Source of the DNA: Nitrospirales bacterium
Lineage (GTDB): Bacteria > Nitrospirota > Nitrospiria > Nitrospirales > UBA8639
NCBI GenBank assembly: GCA_965203295.1
Contig: CBDBCZ010000018.1
Location: 1,728,001 to 1,792,000, forward strand
Direction: 5' to 3'
DNA length: 64,000 bases
Both the position numbers and the translations under genes were made by a program. The notes beneath the pieces are model-generated. The model was not told where the DNA came from, ran no database searches, and saw only the letters and a program-made list of their open reading frames with translations. Below, piece after piece: positions 13,480 through 27,442 of the stretch; the first letter of the stretch is position 1; every line of letters starts with the position of its first letter.

Positions 13480-14202
13480 GCTTAGAGCACGGGCAGCTAT
13501 GTTCTAACTAGGCCGAGGCGAAGCCGAGGTCTAGTTAGAACACAGAGCTGCCCATGCTCTGAGCCATTTAGTATATGCACATCTTCAGCTTCTTATGCTC
13601 TATGGGATTCTTACTATCTATTATTACGCCTGGTTGTGTCCGTGTGTTCGTTCGTCCGTTCGTTCGTTCGTCCATCCATGCGTACGTGTGAAAAACGGAA
13701 ACGGAAGCCGCATGCGTGCGCTCCCGGATGAACTTTCACCTGTGACCAGAGAAGTTCACGGTCACAGGTCAAAGTACCACGTGTCTGTATTTAAGTGCGA
13801 GATGGTGCTAGCTCTTTCCAGCGACTACAAGCCGTTGTTTCACGATGTCAGGCACTTTTTCACAAAGAATAGTGGCGGTATAGTGAAAGCCAAGCAGAGA
13901 TATAACTGCTGTGCTAGGCTAACCACATCGATGTGCATTAAATGGAGTCGGTGCCGTTCGCCTGAGCTGCATGTAGCCTGTGGTATAGCTAGGCTACAGT
14001 GCTAGCTTACCTTTGAGGTCTAGCAGCTGTTTGTAGTCTCTCCTCTGAGTCACTGCCTCCGGTAGAATGTGGTGTGCACATTTACTGACATTGAACTTTT
14101 CTTATTATGTATGAACATGCAAGTAGTCATGCTGAGAATAGAATCTGCCATTCACTTACACGATACACTAGGCCATGGCTGTGAAGAGCGAGGCTATAGT
14201 CC
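13480..14202 (+). mobile_element. Hairpin-headed non-autonomous element
   Basis: Hairpin 13480-13564 with tip ccGAggcGAAgccGAgg, then a (GTTC/GTCC)n tract; body 13806-14202 is homologous to 56998-57367. Confidence 0.7.
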
Positions 14203-15276
14203 TATACTGATTTTTTCATGTAAAAAAATAATTCATTTCAAGCAGCATATGGACAAAAGTTGTAATGGCTTCCAATTCTGATTAAGAGTCCATTCCTTCA
14301 GTGTTCATACTTCAGTTTTTATTGATAGCTTATAGCTCTAAAGCTAGTGGCTAGCTGTATTGGGGTCTATTGGAGAGGCAGCAGGAACGCTGCTTTGAGA
14401 TAGGTTTGGATAGGCAGTTCTGAGAATGTTGTAACTCTACAACGGTGCATGACAACACTTTTATCCAGCACACTATACTACTAATTAGTATGGGACTACT
14501 AATTAGTATGGGACAATGTCAAGTGTGTTGGTTTTCATTAGGGGAATATAGAATACACTTCTATTTCAATAGTTACATGTACGCAGCATACCGTATTTGT
14601 TCTAATTACAGAACCGCCCTAATAGAAGCACAGAATGTGGTTTTTAATTAGACTTCTTGCCACTTGGATGAGATTCTTATTATAAAAAAAGACCAATTTG
14701 TATTCAGGCATATATAAATGGATGTTCTGTAATCCCTTGAACTATCGCAGACAACGGTAACCACTTCGAAAGACTGTGAGAGGGTTCTGTGATACAACCC
14801 ACCCACATGCCAGTTGAGGAAGTGCTCATGTGAGCCTACACAACTGTACTATCTGGCGTTCTAAAGAGTGGTGGATTCGAGTCAACCATAGCAGACAAAC
14901 CACGAAAAATTGTACTCATATGAGAACCACACTTACCACAATCAGTGTGTAGGAATCAAAAGAGACTGAGGAACTGGCAGAACTGCAGACAAACATCTTG
15001 CTTGATTTTCTGCTGACCGTGATATGCCTCGCATCAGGCCTATTACTGAGCTTGCATGAGATCAGGACGCTCTCAACGCCCCCTCACAATTACGTAAGCT
15101 CATATTTGCGAGTACCTATATACCTGTACACTGGGTCACACATCTTGGCGAGTCTGAGTTGCATGCACCGATCGCTGACGCATCAGGACCGGTGTTTGTC
15201 GTCATTGGCCGGTGAGTGAGAGGCTTAAGTGACGGGCCGCAGACCTATCCCAGCCTAGTCTAGCCCTTGCAAATTA

Positions 15277-15398
15277 TAGTCTCGGTACCAGCCCACCTAT
15301 CAAGTCGGAGATCGCTTACAGTGTAAGCGATCTCCGACTTGATAGGTGGGCTACTGTAAGCGATCTCCGACTTGATAGGTGGGCTGGTACCGAGACTA
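15277..15398. mobile_element. Fold-back MITE identical in arms to 8138-8235, with a duplicated right arm and 9-bp TSD
   Basis: TSD TGCAAATTA at 15268-15276 and 15399-15407; taagcgatctccgacttgataggtgggct present twice. Confidence 0.85.
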
Positions 15399-15442
15399 TG
15401 CAAATTATTGGTCACTTAAATTTTGTGGATGCACTAAATATC

Positions 15443-15495
15443 TAGCCTCGCTCCCAGGCTCTCCAAAGCTGTGCGGAGGCCTGGGAACGAAGCTA
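15443..15495. mobile_element. TAG...CTA MITE (AcademH-like)
   Basis: tagcctcgctcccaggc...gcctgggaacgaagcta; flanks ctaaatatc / ataaatatc (8/9). Confidence 0.7.
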
Positions 15496-16439
15496 ATAAA
15501 TATCTACTTGTATATATTCTGCAGTTTTTTATAACAGTGTAGATGTTTCAGTACTACACTAGATCTACAACCCGAAATACAAACTGCTAGTTGGATTTCC
15601 AGAAGGTTATTAACATTGTTGGATGTTTGTGCGTAATACAAACTTCCAAAAAATTCTTTGCAACCTGCTACCCACAGATGATTGCTACACTGGAGGCAGG
15701 GATGATCCCAACCCTAAACTGGCCCTAACCTATTCCTAATCCTAAGCCTGATCGTGTTCTTCAGTTATCAAAAAGCTCGAATTAGTTCAGCAGTGATAAC
15801 AAGCACTCTTGAGTGGACGCTTGCCATTCACATGCCATTGTATGGTAGGCTACACATACGCAGACTGCTTGTCACCACGTGTTCGTTTATTTAACGCCTA
15901 CCTTTGATCGTGAAGACTGCTTGGGCCTGTGCTAGATAGGCCTTGGCATATAATGCTCAAATTTTAAATAATAATTTTTGCTCATTAGATTAGCCAATTG
16001 TGCTCAGATTTAAGCTCAGTCAAATGAATAAAATGACTTACAACACAAAACAAATAACACATCACAATAACACCAAAAACCACTGCGTCGGGAAACTTCG
16101 GGTGCTGCTGTTCACTATCACTGCCACAGCGGCTGTAATCTCAAATCACAGTGCAGTGTGTGTACGGATACCATTCTCCCCACATCTCTGATTACCCAGG
16201 ATGGTCTCTGTAAATGCACTGCACTGTAATTTGTAGCTACTCTGCATACGTATAATGCAGTGGGCTGTGATGTGTAGGTAGTCTATGAACGTATTTCGGT
16301 GCAAGTTATATAGCTTGTTTCCTTTGTTTTTGTGGTAGTGCATCCCTACATGAATGGTTTTTGCACTTTTCTGCTTTTTTGTAACTTTATATTTAGAGAC
16401 CTGCAGTTTTTCCTTAGTGACTATGGTTTTTAACAGGTC

Positions 16440-16750
16440 TTATCCCACATTACATCATCTCTAATACATTTTATTGGACGGGAGCAGTAGAATATATAGG
16501 CGCATATCCTACAGTTCTGTACTTCCTTAGTTACATATTAGAAAAATAACCTCAAGCTATTTCACGATAGTTACACACATGCGCAGTAGTAGGATAAGTC
16601 AGATAGACCACGCCCCAGCGGAGGATATGCGCCCAAAATATCCTCCTTGGATACGGTTTTATCCCTCGGCTGCGCCTCGGGTAAAACTGCATCTGCGGAG
16701 GATATATAGGCGCATATCCTCCGCTGGGGCGTGGTCTATCCTATACATAA
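16440..16750 (-). mobile_element. Hairpin-headed non-autonomous element (same family as 43064-43807)
   Basis: ~62-bp arms at 16602-16664 and 16679-16740 around a minus-strand tip cccGAggcGCAgccGAggg; other end tatcccacattacatca matches tataccacattacatca at 43065. Confidence 0.75.
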
Positions 16751-18571
16751 ACGTTTTTGCTGAATTATTAATTAGGCTGCCATTGTGCTGAATTTATAAC
16801 TGCACAACTTTATTTGTACTGTACAATCAAGGATGGACAAACTGACTCCATTCTCTACACTGCCGCTCTAAGTCGACAAATTATGCTAGCACAATGAGAA
16901 TAATAGGTACTCAATAGCATTACATAGTTATGCTGGAGTAATTGGTATATTTTTTCAGAACTGTGAGAATAATAGGCTATAAGTTAGCTTACCTATGAAA
17001 ATATGTAACTCACATCCGGTCTCTAACCTTATCTTAGCTAGTTAGTTTTAGTGCTGAGATCGAGACAAATAATGCTGCTATATTATGCCTATCAGGCTCC
17101 TCATTCCCACGTACCTCCCCACTCTAACAGCTATCACACAGGCACATCCATTCAGTCAACCACTTTCTAGTCATACTTTGTGTAAGAGACCCAAAACTTT
17201 GCATGCCTGCCTGGAGAACTGATTTTTGGTTCTATGTACATGTACCTCCACCTCTTGTGTGAACCAGATTTAACTCTTAATCAGCCAAGTTTTTTCAGAC
17301 TTTCAGTGATATAGCTCAATGTGAATTTATACGTATTTTTTATATTAGGCGTTTTTATAAAATCAATAAAGTACATGCTTTTTATAAAATATGGGCACCT
17401 GAGAAAGAGTTAAAACCGTCCATTAAATCAAGACTGCATTTGATCCAATTCAGCACTTTAGCAAAGAGTACTTTTTGAATGCAAAAAAAGTTTGAATGTC
17501 ATCTTAATACTGCATAATTGCCAATTTGCTTCAATGGAGGAACTTACATTAATGCCAAAGACTGGCAAGCTGCCAAGAAATCTTGCTGTGAAGCAAATCT
17601 GAGCAACAGCCATTAATTCGCCATTGTGCATTAAGCAATTCACCATCCCTCTAAAACCTTAGCTACATGTAGTTATCAACCTATGGGAATATCTTACTTA
17701 ATTCTCGGGAGTGTCAAGTACTTACGTACCTAGTGTTAGGGTTATTGTTGCTGCACAGAGTGAGTGCATTGTGCAGGGAAGGCCTGATGGGAATGAGGCT
17801 AACTGTGGCACCAAGTGCTTCTTTGATTATTATGTATGTATGCTGCTAGTAGCACAGTAAAGCACAGATCAAGAGTTCAGCAAGTGGCATTTGTGGGGGT
17901 GACCCGTTTCACCTATGTATGCCACAAGCAGCACAATGAACAGCTGACTGACTAATTTAGGACTTATTCATACACCCCAGGCAGTTAGATTTGCACCCTG
18001 AATAATGTCAGGTAGCATTAACAACACTGATTTAGGTTAATTAATGAACCCTTGATGTCCTGACTGAAAATGTTTGTCACTTGATTCATCACCTGATTCA
18101 TTATACCTGGTGATGCTGTAAAAGGGGAAACCCCCTGCAATGCACAGCAGCCTCATTTGTTGTGAGAGAAATGCTAGTGGTCTTAGATAAGTGGTCCCAT
18201 CTTGAGTGTAAGAAACAATTAGGGACGTGTATTTTGTCTATGCTCTTTATCCTTGCCCTGGACACTGCTAGCATGCATACTATTTTAATGGTTAGGTTAT
18301 AGAAGCCTTGTAGCCTTTGGGTCTATTGTATCTATATAGCTGGGAAGCTGACTCTGTGCTGCTGTGGTGCTTCATTGATGATTAGCCTGTAATGTCTTGA
18401 GCGGAGTCTCTTTCATAATTAACAGACAGCACATTGGCTTTCTTTACCTCAATCTGTTCTACTGTGCGACTTGCCATTGTTGGACTGTGAAATAATGCTT
18501 CTTTATGTGTTTGTGGGATAATTGGTAAAAGATATGTATACATGTATACCATAGGCTGAGGAAGCTTTCAA

Positions 18572-18771
<200 letters not shown>

Positions 18772-21700
18772 GAGGGTGGGGGGGTGGAAGGCTGCTACAA
18801 AGCTATCTGGCTTCTGCAGTGCCACCTGTGTGTGTGATGTAATGAATTAATGAAACGGCAAGGGTGTTGAATTTGTGTGGAACTGCCCCCCCCCCCTCCC
18901 CCTGCTCAACTGACGAGCTTCTTCCTTGTCCACCACAGAATAAAGCAAGGAAGTTTGCTTCTACTCATGATGGCCGCCTGCAGAGTGAGCTAGTGAAGGA
19001 ACTGATGGCCGGTGTTCTGGAGGAGGTGGCACCAAGGCTGCTGCTAACCTCTGTTCCTGAGACCATTGCCTTCCTCCTGGGAGGGCTGTCTACTGTGCCA
19101 GCTGTCGGGAGCTTTTCATTTCACATGGCAACTGCTGTCGTCATCATGTTACTGCTGCAGGTAGAGTGTGCTATATCCTCAGTGTACCCATTCTGAGTAA
19201 TGTATAATGTCCATGCATAGAAACATATCAGCTAGTAGTACAAGTGTACGTTTATGATTTTTACATGGTGATTCAGCACCTGTAACATTTGCTGATGTGA
19301 TAATTGTGTGAGGGCAGATGGATAACAGCTATATAGCTAGTGATTCTTTCCCTTTGAGACACCGTTTTAACCTCAGTTTATGATACTCGTAATAATGTAC
19401 TCAGCCAAGTTATGATCTGAGAATTAACAGGATTCAGTTAACCTAAATTAAGAGCATAATTTTGTTTCACTGGTATGTATGTGTTTTGCTGAACCCTAAG
19501 TTTGTCCTATATCTTCCTGCAGCTCTCTGTGTTTGTCAGTGTCATGGCCCTGACTGCCAGGAGGGGCATGGTACGTGAATAGGCAGTTCAGTGGTACTAA
19601 GGAATGATCATCTCTGTTACGTACGTACGTCCTTGCACTGAGACGGAACAGAAGGCACTGGTCAGTGAATAGTGAGAACTTAAACCAAATCAGTCAACAT
19701 GGGAGAGATAGTTTACAGCAAATACGCCTACTAGGTCTGTACTAGGTCTCTTTTGTACAATCCTAATGAAGCCTGACAGATGGAAACGCCTGACATGAAA
19801 CCTAGCTAGTGACCACAAATGTGAAAACAAAAGAGCAAAATGCTGAACAATAATTATGTACATAACTGGAATGTACTAGTAACTATTATGCACTGCCTGG
19901 CCTTAAGCAGTATCCTTAATGATACTAAATATATCCTTTGCCTAGTTTCTGAATGGAATTTGGATCAACACGTGATCCTATAAGTAAGCATTATCTAACC
20001 ACTACTAAGTAACACCACATGCACATGCACATACGCACAGATGAGTTTGTTGTCAGAGAAGTTCACTCCTTCCGTGGGGCAGAAGACGGCTCAGTGGTTC
20101 TGGGAGTGGTTTACCAAGCTGGTCCTGCATTTGCTAGTGCGGCCCCTTGTCCTGCTGTTCTTTGGGCTGACACTGACCTGCTCTCTGGCATGCCTTTGTA
20201 GGATAAGCATTGGTTTGGATCCAACGACTGCCTTCCCCAAGGTTAGTAACTGGTTGTCCACCATGCAGAGTATAATAAATTTTACTCAGTGAAGTCTGTA
20301 GTGTATAATAGCATTTTAGCATGCCCCCTTCCCCCACTCCCCTCCCCAGGACTCCTATCTGGTACCCTACTTCTGCAGCATGAAGGAAAACCTTCATGAT
20401 AGACCACCAGTCTACTTTGTGATCAGGGAAGGCTACAACTGTATAACCAAAACAAGGTACTGGAGTTTCATGTGCACAACTATGTGTAACCCCTAACTAT
20501 GTACGTATGAAATGGAGCAGTTATAGTATACTGGCTAGGGGAATGTAGAGCATTGTGGGATGGGCATGAGCAAGCTCTCTACCTCGTTCATTGTAGTATG
20601 GCATGTCGATGGTCCGTAGCTCCAGCCCTCACCCTCGTGTAGTTTGCTGGTGACCTGGAGACATGCCTGCTCTCCTCTGCTGGCGTCGACTTAAAGAGCT
20701 TAATTTTGTGGTGATCATGTGCATTTATGAATGCTATGGCAGCAGCATGGGTACATACATGTGTTATTACTGTGTGTGTTGCAGTTGCATGCCTTAGGAT
20801 AGCTAAATGTACATTGTACCAGATGATTGCAAGTGTGTATTTCTCTTGATTTAGATCTGCTGTCTGTCTGGTTGTGACACTGACTCCGTTTGGAACCAAA
20901 TTATCAAAGCCTCACAGCTACCACACTAGTGAGCACTCTTATATACATACGTATATAGTACAATCAAAGATGTGATAGAGCTGCAGATAACAGTCTCTTC
21001 AGAAACACAAGGCCAAGTAACTTCTCACTTACGATCTGTGTTGAAACAGCATTTCCTTAATTTCCTATTTGTCAAAGTGTAATTATGGCATGAGGGTCGA
21101 TTTATGTTAATCCGAAACTTGCTACAGCCGATATTTCTAACTGAATGTTGTGATACTGATTTGTGGAGGACTGTTATCAGTTCTCTTTCAGCGGGACCGA
21201 AATCTGTCTGCATCTCTCAAACAGTCTTCACTTTTTCTAAATCAACTGGAATAGTTCTGGAGAATTTCAAATAGAATTCCTTCACAATTATGTACTGTTC
21301 TAAAGAGAAATATGACAATGAGTGTACATATAAATTTCCTTCTGCTCCACCCTCTCTGTTACTAAGAAACCACCCTTGCTCCACTAGTACATCTAGCTTC
21401 CATTCTAATCAACTCTGGTAATTTGTTCACACACCATACGCAGCACCCACATAGCTGAGCCCAGTGAACTGTGGCTGGATGCCTACCTGGAGTGGCTCTC
21501 CCCTGAGAGTGGCTGCTGTGGCTACCATAGCGACACTGGCACACCAAAACAGTGCTTCTCTCCAGGTAGTGGAGTAGGAATGTACATGTTTCTTTTAGCT
21601 GCTTAAATGCATGAATTGATCACAGCCATTTTACAGTAGTGTCTACACGTAAATACAAGTTGTTATGCAGTTGGTAATTGCATAACAAGAGGTGGTGCAT

Positions 21701-24029
21701 TCTATGAATGCAAGAGTTATGCTTTTCCCAGGAGCTACTCACTTGTAACGGCCCTCTGTTGAGCTCCATACATAAGCTAAGAGATGGCGAATTTCACATC
21801 CTGTTTAGTAATTGTTGTAGTCTCTAACTCGCCCATTTTTTATGACGGACAGACAGCCGGTGACAGATCGACAGAGCCAATAGCTTAACCTGCTTTGCAC
21901 AAGCACGTGCAGGGAAGCTGTAGTGGGGCTCTCGGCGTCAGTGTACTTCCTTTCTGCTCTTTAGGCAGTGGCTTGTGCAAGAGCTGCCTCCAGAGCACTA
22001 GACCCACTGCTGCTGAGTTTGAGGCCTACCTCAGCTGGTTCCTGCGTGAGGGAGACACCGGGTGTGGTGGGAATGGTGACTCTGCTGCTGCAGTGCGGCT
22101 GAATCCCGGCAGCCCCACTGTCAAAAGTATGATACTTCTTCCTTCAAATTCTGTTTCAGCTAGACTCTATGTGTTCTCAATAATTTAGTTCCTCTCTTAT
22201 TGCCAGTTCTTTTACACGTCTTCATAATGTAAATGGCTCGTACACCATACTATTTTTTGTTTTATACACTGTAGGCACACTTGGCTTATGTTAATGTGCT
22301 ACTGTTGATTGGTAGCGCTGTCATATGACATCACACGTGCTTGTTCAGAAACGTGTATGTACTACGTACATATAACACCCACTCATCCACACACACATAT
22401 GCCATATGCATGCACGTGCGCAAGATATACACACAGCCTTGTCCTCTGACCAACATTTTGTGCACCGTGTTTTACCATAATTATTATGTTGTACATGTAT
22501 GCGTACATGTTATATGTAAGTATATTATGCATGCATCAAACATACATGTACGTGTGCACACGCATACTCTTCCAGCATCGTATATAAAGGCGCATCACAC
22601 TGCCCTGAGGGATTCTAGGGACTACACTGCAGCTCCGAGACATGCAAAGGAACTGGGAGACAGTCTTTCAGCTGCTCTCAACCACACAGTGTTCCCCACC
22701 AGTGGCTTCTATGTCTACTATGAACACTACCTGACTATAGTACCAGATATGGCTTTCAGCATTGGAGTCTCATTTGGTAGGTGCCCACAGATCAGTGAGT
22801 AGCAGCCGGCACACAATAACACTATCCGCTTGTCAGTGTAGTAATTTGGTTAATTTCAATTAAGTTGTGTAGTACCATAACACAAGTTTCCATGACAGCT
22901 TTGAGCATACTAAAATATGTCTGGGTTTTGATACTTATGCATTTTCAGGTTTAGAAGGCAAGCTATATATTAAATAGTTGCGAGCATAATATGCGTTATC
23001 ACATTCATTGCATTCTACGTGCTGAAAACAAACTCCCCGTCCCACTTCAGCCTACAGTATGCTATAGTTGTGTGGGTATCCAAATTGACGTATCAATGTT
23101 AATATTCTCTTTGAGTAGTAATTAAGGAACTTGTCAGTGCCTGACCCACTGTCGCATGCCCCCACTACGTGCTCCCGCGTTCTCAGGTGCAGTGTTTCTC
23201 GTGAACTACCTGCTCCTCAGTCTGGATGTGTGGGCTGCTCTGCTGGCAGTGGTGGGCACCGCAATGATCCTGGTGCACACTCGCGGCAGCATGGCCTACC
23301 TGCACATTGAGCTTAACGCCGTGTCTGTGACCAACCTTGTCATGGTGAGGGCTTGGGACTGTGCTTTTTGCATCGAAATAGTCTGGTTGCCCTAATTATG
23401 AAACATGTGCTTATGTCCTTAGAGCTATGGTAAAATAGCCATGGAATTGAAGTACGTATATGTAGTCTGTCTCAATCTGTTTGCAATAATTCTTAGTCTA
23501 GCATTGATAGTAGATTGACTCACTCTCTGAGTCTTAGAATTTTCCTGCTTCTACATGTATTAGGAACATTACATTGTAAATGTATTTTGTTTCCATTTTC
23601 AGATGGTTGGTATTTCCCTGGGATTTTCCTCACACTTGGTCTGGCGGTTTCTCTCCTGCTCCCTTCCCACACGCTACTTGAAAGCTGTGTCAGTGCTGAC
23701 TGATTTGGTAAGTGGGGACTTTACGTTACAGTCAGCCATTGCTGCATGCCTAATAGTCATGTTTCATAACCCATTAATTGACTATCAACTGGCTGAGGTC
23801 AGCCGCTTATAGGCTAGCCAAATTTCGGCTAGCTGATTAATTATTAATGCATGATAAGGGTTTGTCTATGTTGCAATTCATAATTGCAAGAATGTTTTGA
23901 AATAGTAGTGTCATTTAAATTATGATGAGCATTTCCTGGTTGTGCAAATATACAGTGTATACATAGAACTGGCTAATGAGCTTGCATTTATAAGTTTACG
24001 TATGACATACTGTTTCAAAACATTCTTGT

Positions 24030-24565
24030 AACTAGAAGTCTCTAGCAGAGACATACCCCGCGCTCCTGGACCCTGCAGACTGGAAACAGCATAAGATCCA
24101 TATACCGTGTTCATGTAACGCCATATACGAGCTGTAGGCGTGGCTGATTGCCGTAGTTTTGACATGGGCGTTTCTCTACGTATACTCCAGTATGCTTTTG
24201 TTGAATAAAAGACTCGTATACCATACTCGAGCGCTCGCGTATGTCCGTATTTAAGCTGTAGGCGTGACCAACTGCCGTATTAAAAAGGCGTGACCAATTG
24301 CCGTATTAAAAAAATGATGTAACACACCGATAATCAGAAAAGGCGTGGAAATGCCGGGAATAGAACCGCTTTCTACTTTATCAGGTACATATAAGCTAAT
24401 GTACCACGGACTCGAGCGTTATCCACCAGTTTAGAAACTGTTGTAGCCTCTAAATCGCCCGTTAGAAGGGTTTTCCAAAAATTTTTATGACAGATGACGA
24501 CGACGACAGACGGACAAAACCGATTGCTTAACCCCGCTTGCGCATACACAGCGCGGGGTAATTAT
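24030..24565 (-). mobile_element. Complete Helentron-associated non-autonomous element (HINE/DINE-1-like) in an NPC1-like intron
   Basis: Subterminal IR taccccgcgc (24054-24063) / gcgcggggta (24551-24560); 5' stem-loop followed by a GTC-type microsatellite; 3' hairpin gtctctagcagagac (24038-24052); second copy at 30203-30707. Confidence 0.75.
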
Positions 24566-25259
24566 TAATTGCAATTGTTCGGAAAGTGGAGTGATTGCCA
24601 TGCAGCATCAGAACCAGAACAACAACCACTGCATGTATAGTATGACAATCAACACTTGGTAGACTGACAATGATGTGTGGTTTATCCTGGCTTGCTTTCT
24701 CCTTCCATAGTCGGCTGGTGGTATTGCGATAACCTTTATCTTTGGTATTGCGATGACCAAGTTCTTGGCTGTGTTTGCCCTTGTCTTTGCCGGTCCTCTG
24801 ATCTTTGATGTCTACTATTTTAGGATGTACATCAGTCTCCTTGTCTGGGCGACCCTGCATGGACTGCTCCTCCTGCCAGTGCTGCTCAGCTACATCGGTG
24901 AGTGAGGGGCAGCTACAACCTGTGACACAGCAGGGCTTCATACGTTAAGATACTTTGCCTGGGGAAGACTTTTGGGATAGTAAACAGTTGTGTGCGAAAC
25001 GAACGGTGCCCTAATTTAACTGCAGTACATACCCTGCGGAACTTGTTCATCCCGTTCTAGCTCTGTTCTGCATGCATGTGTATGCTGAATCGATGCATAG
25101 CGTAATAAATGTCACAAGTTATGCCTTACAACTTTCACTCCCTTGCTGCGGGCATCTTTGCAGCTGCTCTTGTTCCTTGTCACTAATTATTATGTCATAG
25201 TCTCCAAAACTGAGTTCTGCTGCACAATTACCACATATACGTATATATATATATATAAC

Positions 25260-25583
25260 AATGGGTATGTCCATCACACATGCAGTGGCTTCACGCTTTC
25301 TGCTTGAACTAGCTACATATGAGGGGTTTGCACAGTCTGAGACTAGCTGCAGTTCATTCATTCATGCTTCCCTTTAGGTCCTACATCTCATCCAGTAATT
25401 ATAAATTAATGGATGTAGCATCAATAGGCATATGTAGGCAATGGGTGTGCCCATCCGGCATGCAGCGGCTTTACATTTTCTGCTTTCACTACATGTATGT
25501 AGGGTTTGCTAAGGATCATCCAAAGTAGCTACAGTCCATTCATTCATGTTTCCCTTTAGGTCCTACATCTCATCCAGTAATTA
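25260..25583 (+). repeat. 182-bp tandem duplication that copies the last NPC1-like splice acceptor
   Basis: ttccctttag|gtcctacatctcatccagtaattat with exon starts at 25378 and 25560. Confidence 0.8.
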
Positions 25584-26371
25584 TGGATTTCAAGCCCTGT
25601 AGTGAAAGTGTGAATCTCAAGAAGTCAAGAAGCATTCAAGAGAGGCGCCACACAATGACCATTTGGAGTAAATTGTCTGAGGCTGAGTAACCTGTTCTGT
25701 ATTAGTTTATAAGTGAGTTGTGTAGCATTGCACCCCCTCTATGCAGTTGATAAAGAAGACACTATATTGGAAGTCGCTATCGAGTACGTTCTGAAGAACG
25801 GCTACACCCCTTGAGCAAGGACAGAAAGCGTACTGTGTACATGTATAACGTATCATTTTCTTTTTGTCATTGTTAATCCAACTTGTGTGTGTGTGTGGGG
25901 TGGGTCCAAATCATGTATTGAGTTTATATTTAGGAAATTGTGCAATTTGAAGGGGGGTCCTTACATTTCAATGGTGGTCCGAAAATTTCAGTGCATTTCT
26001 GAAATATTAGTTCCAGGGGGTCCACATATTTCGAAATATTTGGACTGGGGGGAACAATTTTGGGGGGGTCCAAATTTATCATGACACTCCCTGCAAATTG
26101 AATCCGTGTAGCTAGTAAAATTAAATGTACATTCATGAGAGTCTAGCACTTAGCTAGTAAGTGTGCGCACCTCTGGTCTTGTGACTCGGCCCTCTTCGGT
26201 CTTTTAGCTGCGGCTTTGTCTGCCTCTCATTGTTTTTTTTCTTCGTAGAGTAGCAAGACGCTTAGCCCTCTCCCCGCTCGTCTCGCCGTCGTCATCCATT
26301 GGCATAGATGGAACTTCCGCACAGTACGCAGTATAATTGCATTCCTAAGCGTGACACATACAACATACATG

Positions 26372-26682
26372 TAATAGTTGTACGATGGGTTTCTAGGGTG
26401 TATGGGATTTGTACTCTGAGGGCAGTTATATGGCCCTCGGGAATACATATAACTGCATGAAGAGTACAAACCCATACACCCTGGAAACCCATGGTACAGG
26501 TGACTTGTACCATAATACAATTACAAACGCTGTTAGTTATGACAAGCGCTAATGGAGAAGCATTAGTTGTCTGGCAACTATATACCCTAGGGTATATTGA
26601 CAGTTCAAATGAGCCGCTAGGGTGTATGGGTGATATATCCTGGGCGGTGCCTTTCATGTAGAGGCGCATTACGGTACAAATA
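26372..26682 (+). mobile_element. Hairpin-headed element with a collapsed tip
   Basis: Arms 26379-26432 and 26446-26498; centre ccctcggg; arm motif ctagggtgtatggg repeated near the 3' end (~26617). Confidence 0.65.
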
Positions 26683-27442
26683 TATATATAATATTATATA
26701 TATGTACAAACGCTTGCTGAGATACGATGCAGGATTAGTTGCCTCGCGCTAAGGCACTCGGCAATTACCTTAACAAAATTTACAAAGGCGTTTAATACTA
26801 TTGGCAACAAGCCTAAATTGCAGACGTGAGTTTGTACTTTGTAGTTGCCAGATCACTAATGAGGGTGTTAACACTCTTTGTAAGGTTACTCAGAGTTTAC
26901 AGTCTACATGGTAGCTATCATGAACTTGTAAACAAGGAGTTACATACAAGTACTGAAGCATAGTTATCAGCTTACACCCGTGACCACTGTTTCAAGACAG
27001 GACACTGCACTACTGCTTAGCAGCTATTTATGTACGTTCGCACCCTTTACGGTCTCGGAGGGGGGGAAATGAAGTTTCTGAACGGAATTGAGCCCATGAC
27101 CTTTTCATTGTGATAGCCTTAGGCCTGAGGAAATTATTTCTGGAGTAATTTGGAAGCCAAAATCCCAAAAATTAATTCTGGAACAATTGGAAGGGTACCG
27201 TAGGCGCTGATTAATAGTGCCCCCTTGATTTTAACGATCTAGCGACCCATAATAAAACTACCACCCAGTAAACAAAGTCAAGCTATAGAATGTGATGTCA
27301 AAGGAGAACAGCTGTAGCTATAACTTCATTCATTTGATTGATTCAGCCATTTTCTGCCGAAGCTGAACGTGTTGTTCCACTAGTCTGTTCTTTGTTAAGA
27401 TTTTCAATAGTATTATAATTATGCTAATAATTGTTTGAGTTT

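Larger units (their letters stand above)
18939..25690 (+). pseudogene. NPC1: NPC1-like (Niemann-Pick C1/Patched family) sterol transporter, C-terminal half only, one frameshift
   Basis: GT-AG exons 18939-19160, 19523-19570, 20041-20241, 20350-20456, 20855-20928, 21444-21565, 21965-22126, 22576-22776, 23187-23344, 23603-23707, 24711-24897, 25560-25690. Peptides EVAPRLLLTSVPETIAFLLGGLSTVPAV, IGLDPTTAFPKDSYLVPYF, PPVYFV, WLDAYLEWLSPESGCC, FYVYYEHYLTI, LNAVSVTNLVM and YYFRMY...HGLLLLPVLLSYIGP match NPC1. The 107-nt exon 20350-20456 breaks the frame; no upstream NTD or early SSD exons found. Confidence 0.85.

Noticed and set aside
19755..19800. Possible missing NPC1 mini-exon or hammerhead-like Penelope end
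   Set aside because: No frame gives the expected RxDxxCC peptide and the ribozyme core is too degenerate to support
20019..20201. ORF containing RGAEDGS, resembling a human NPC1 stretch
   Set aside because: The overlapping frame (20041-20241) gives the TM helix and IGLD motif and keeps splice phase; the resemblance is judged coincidental
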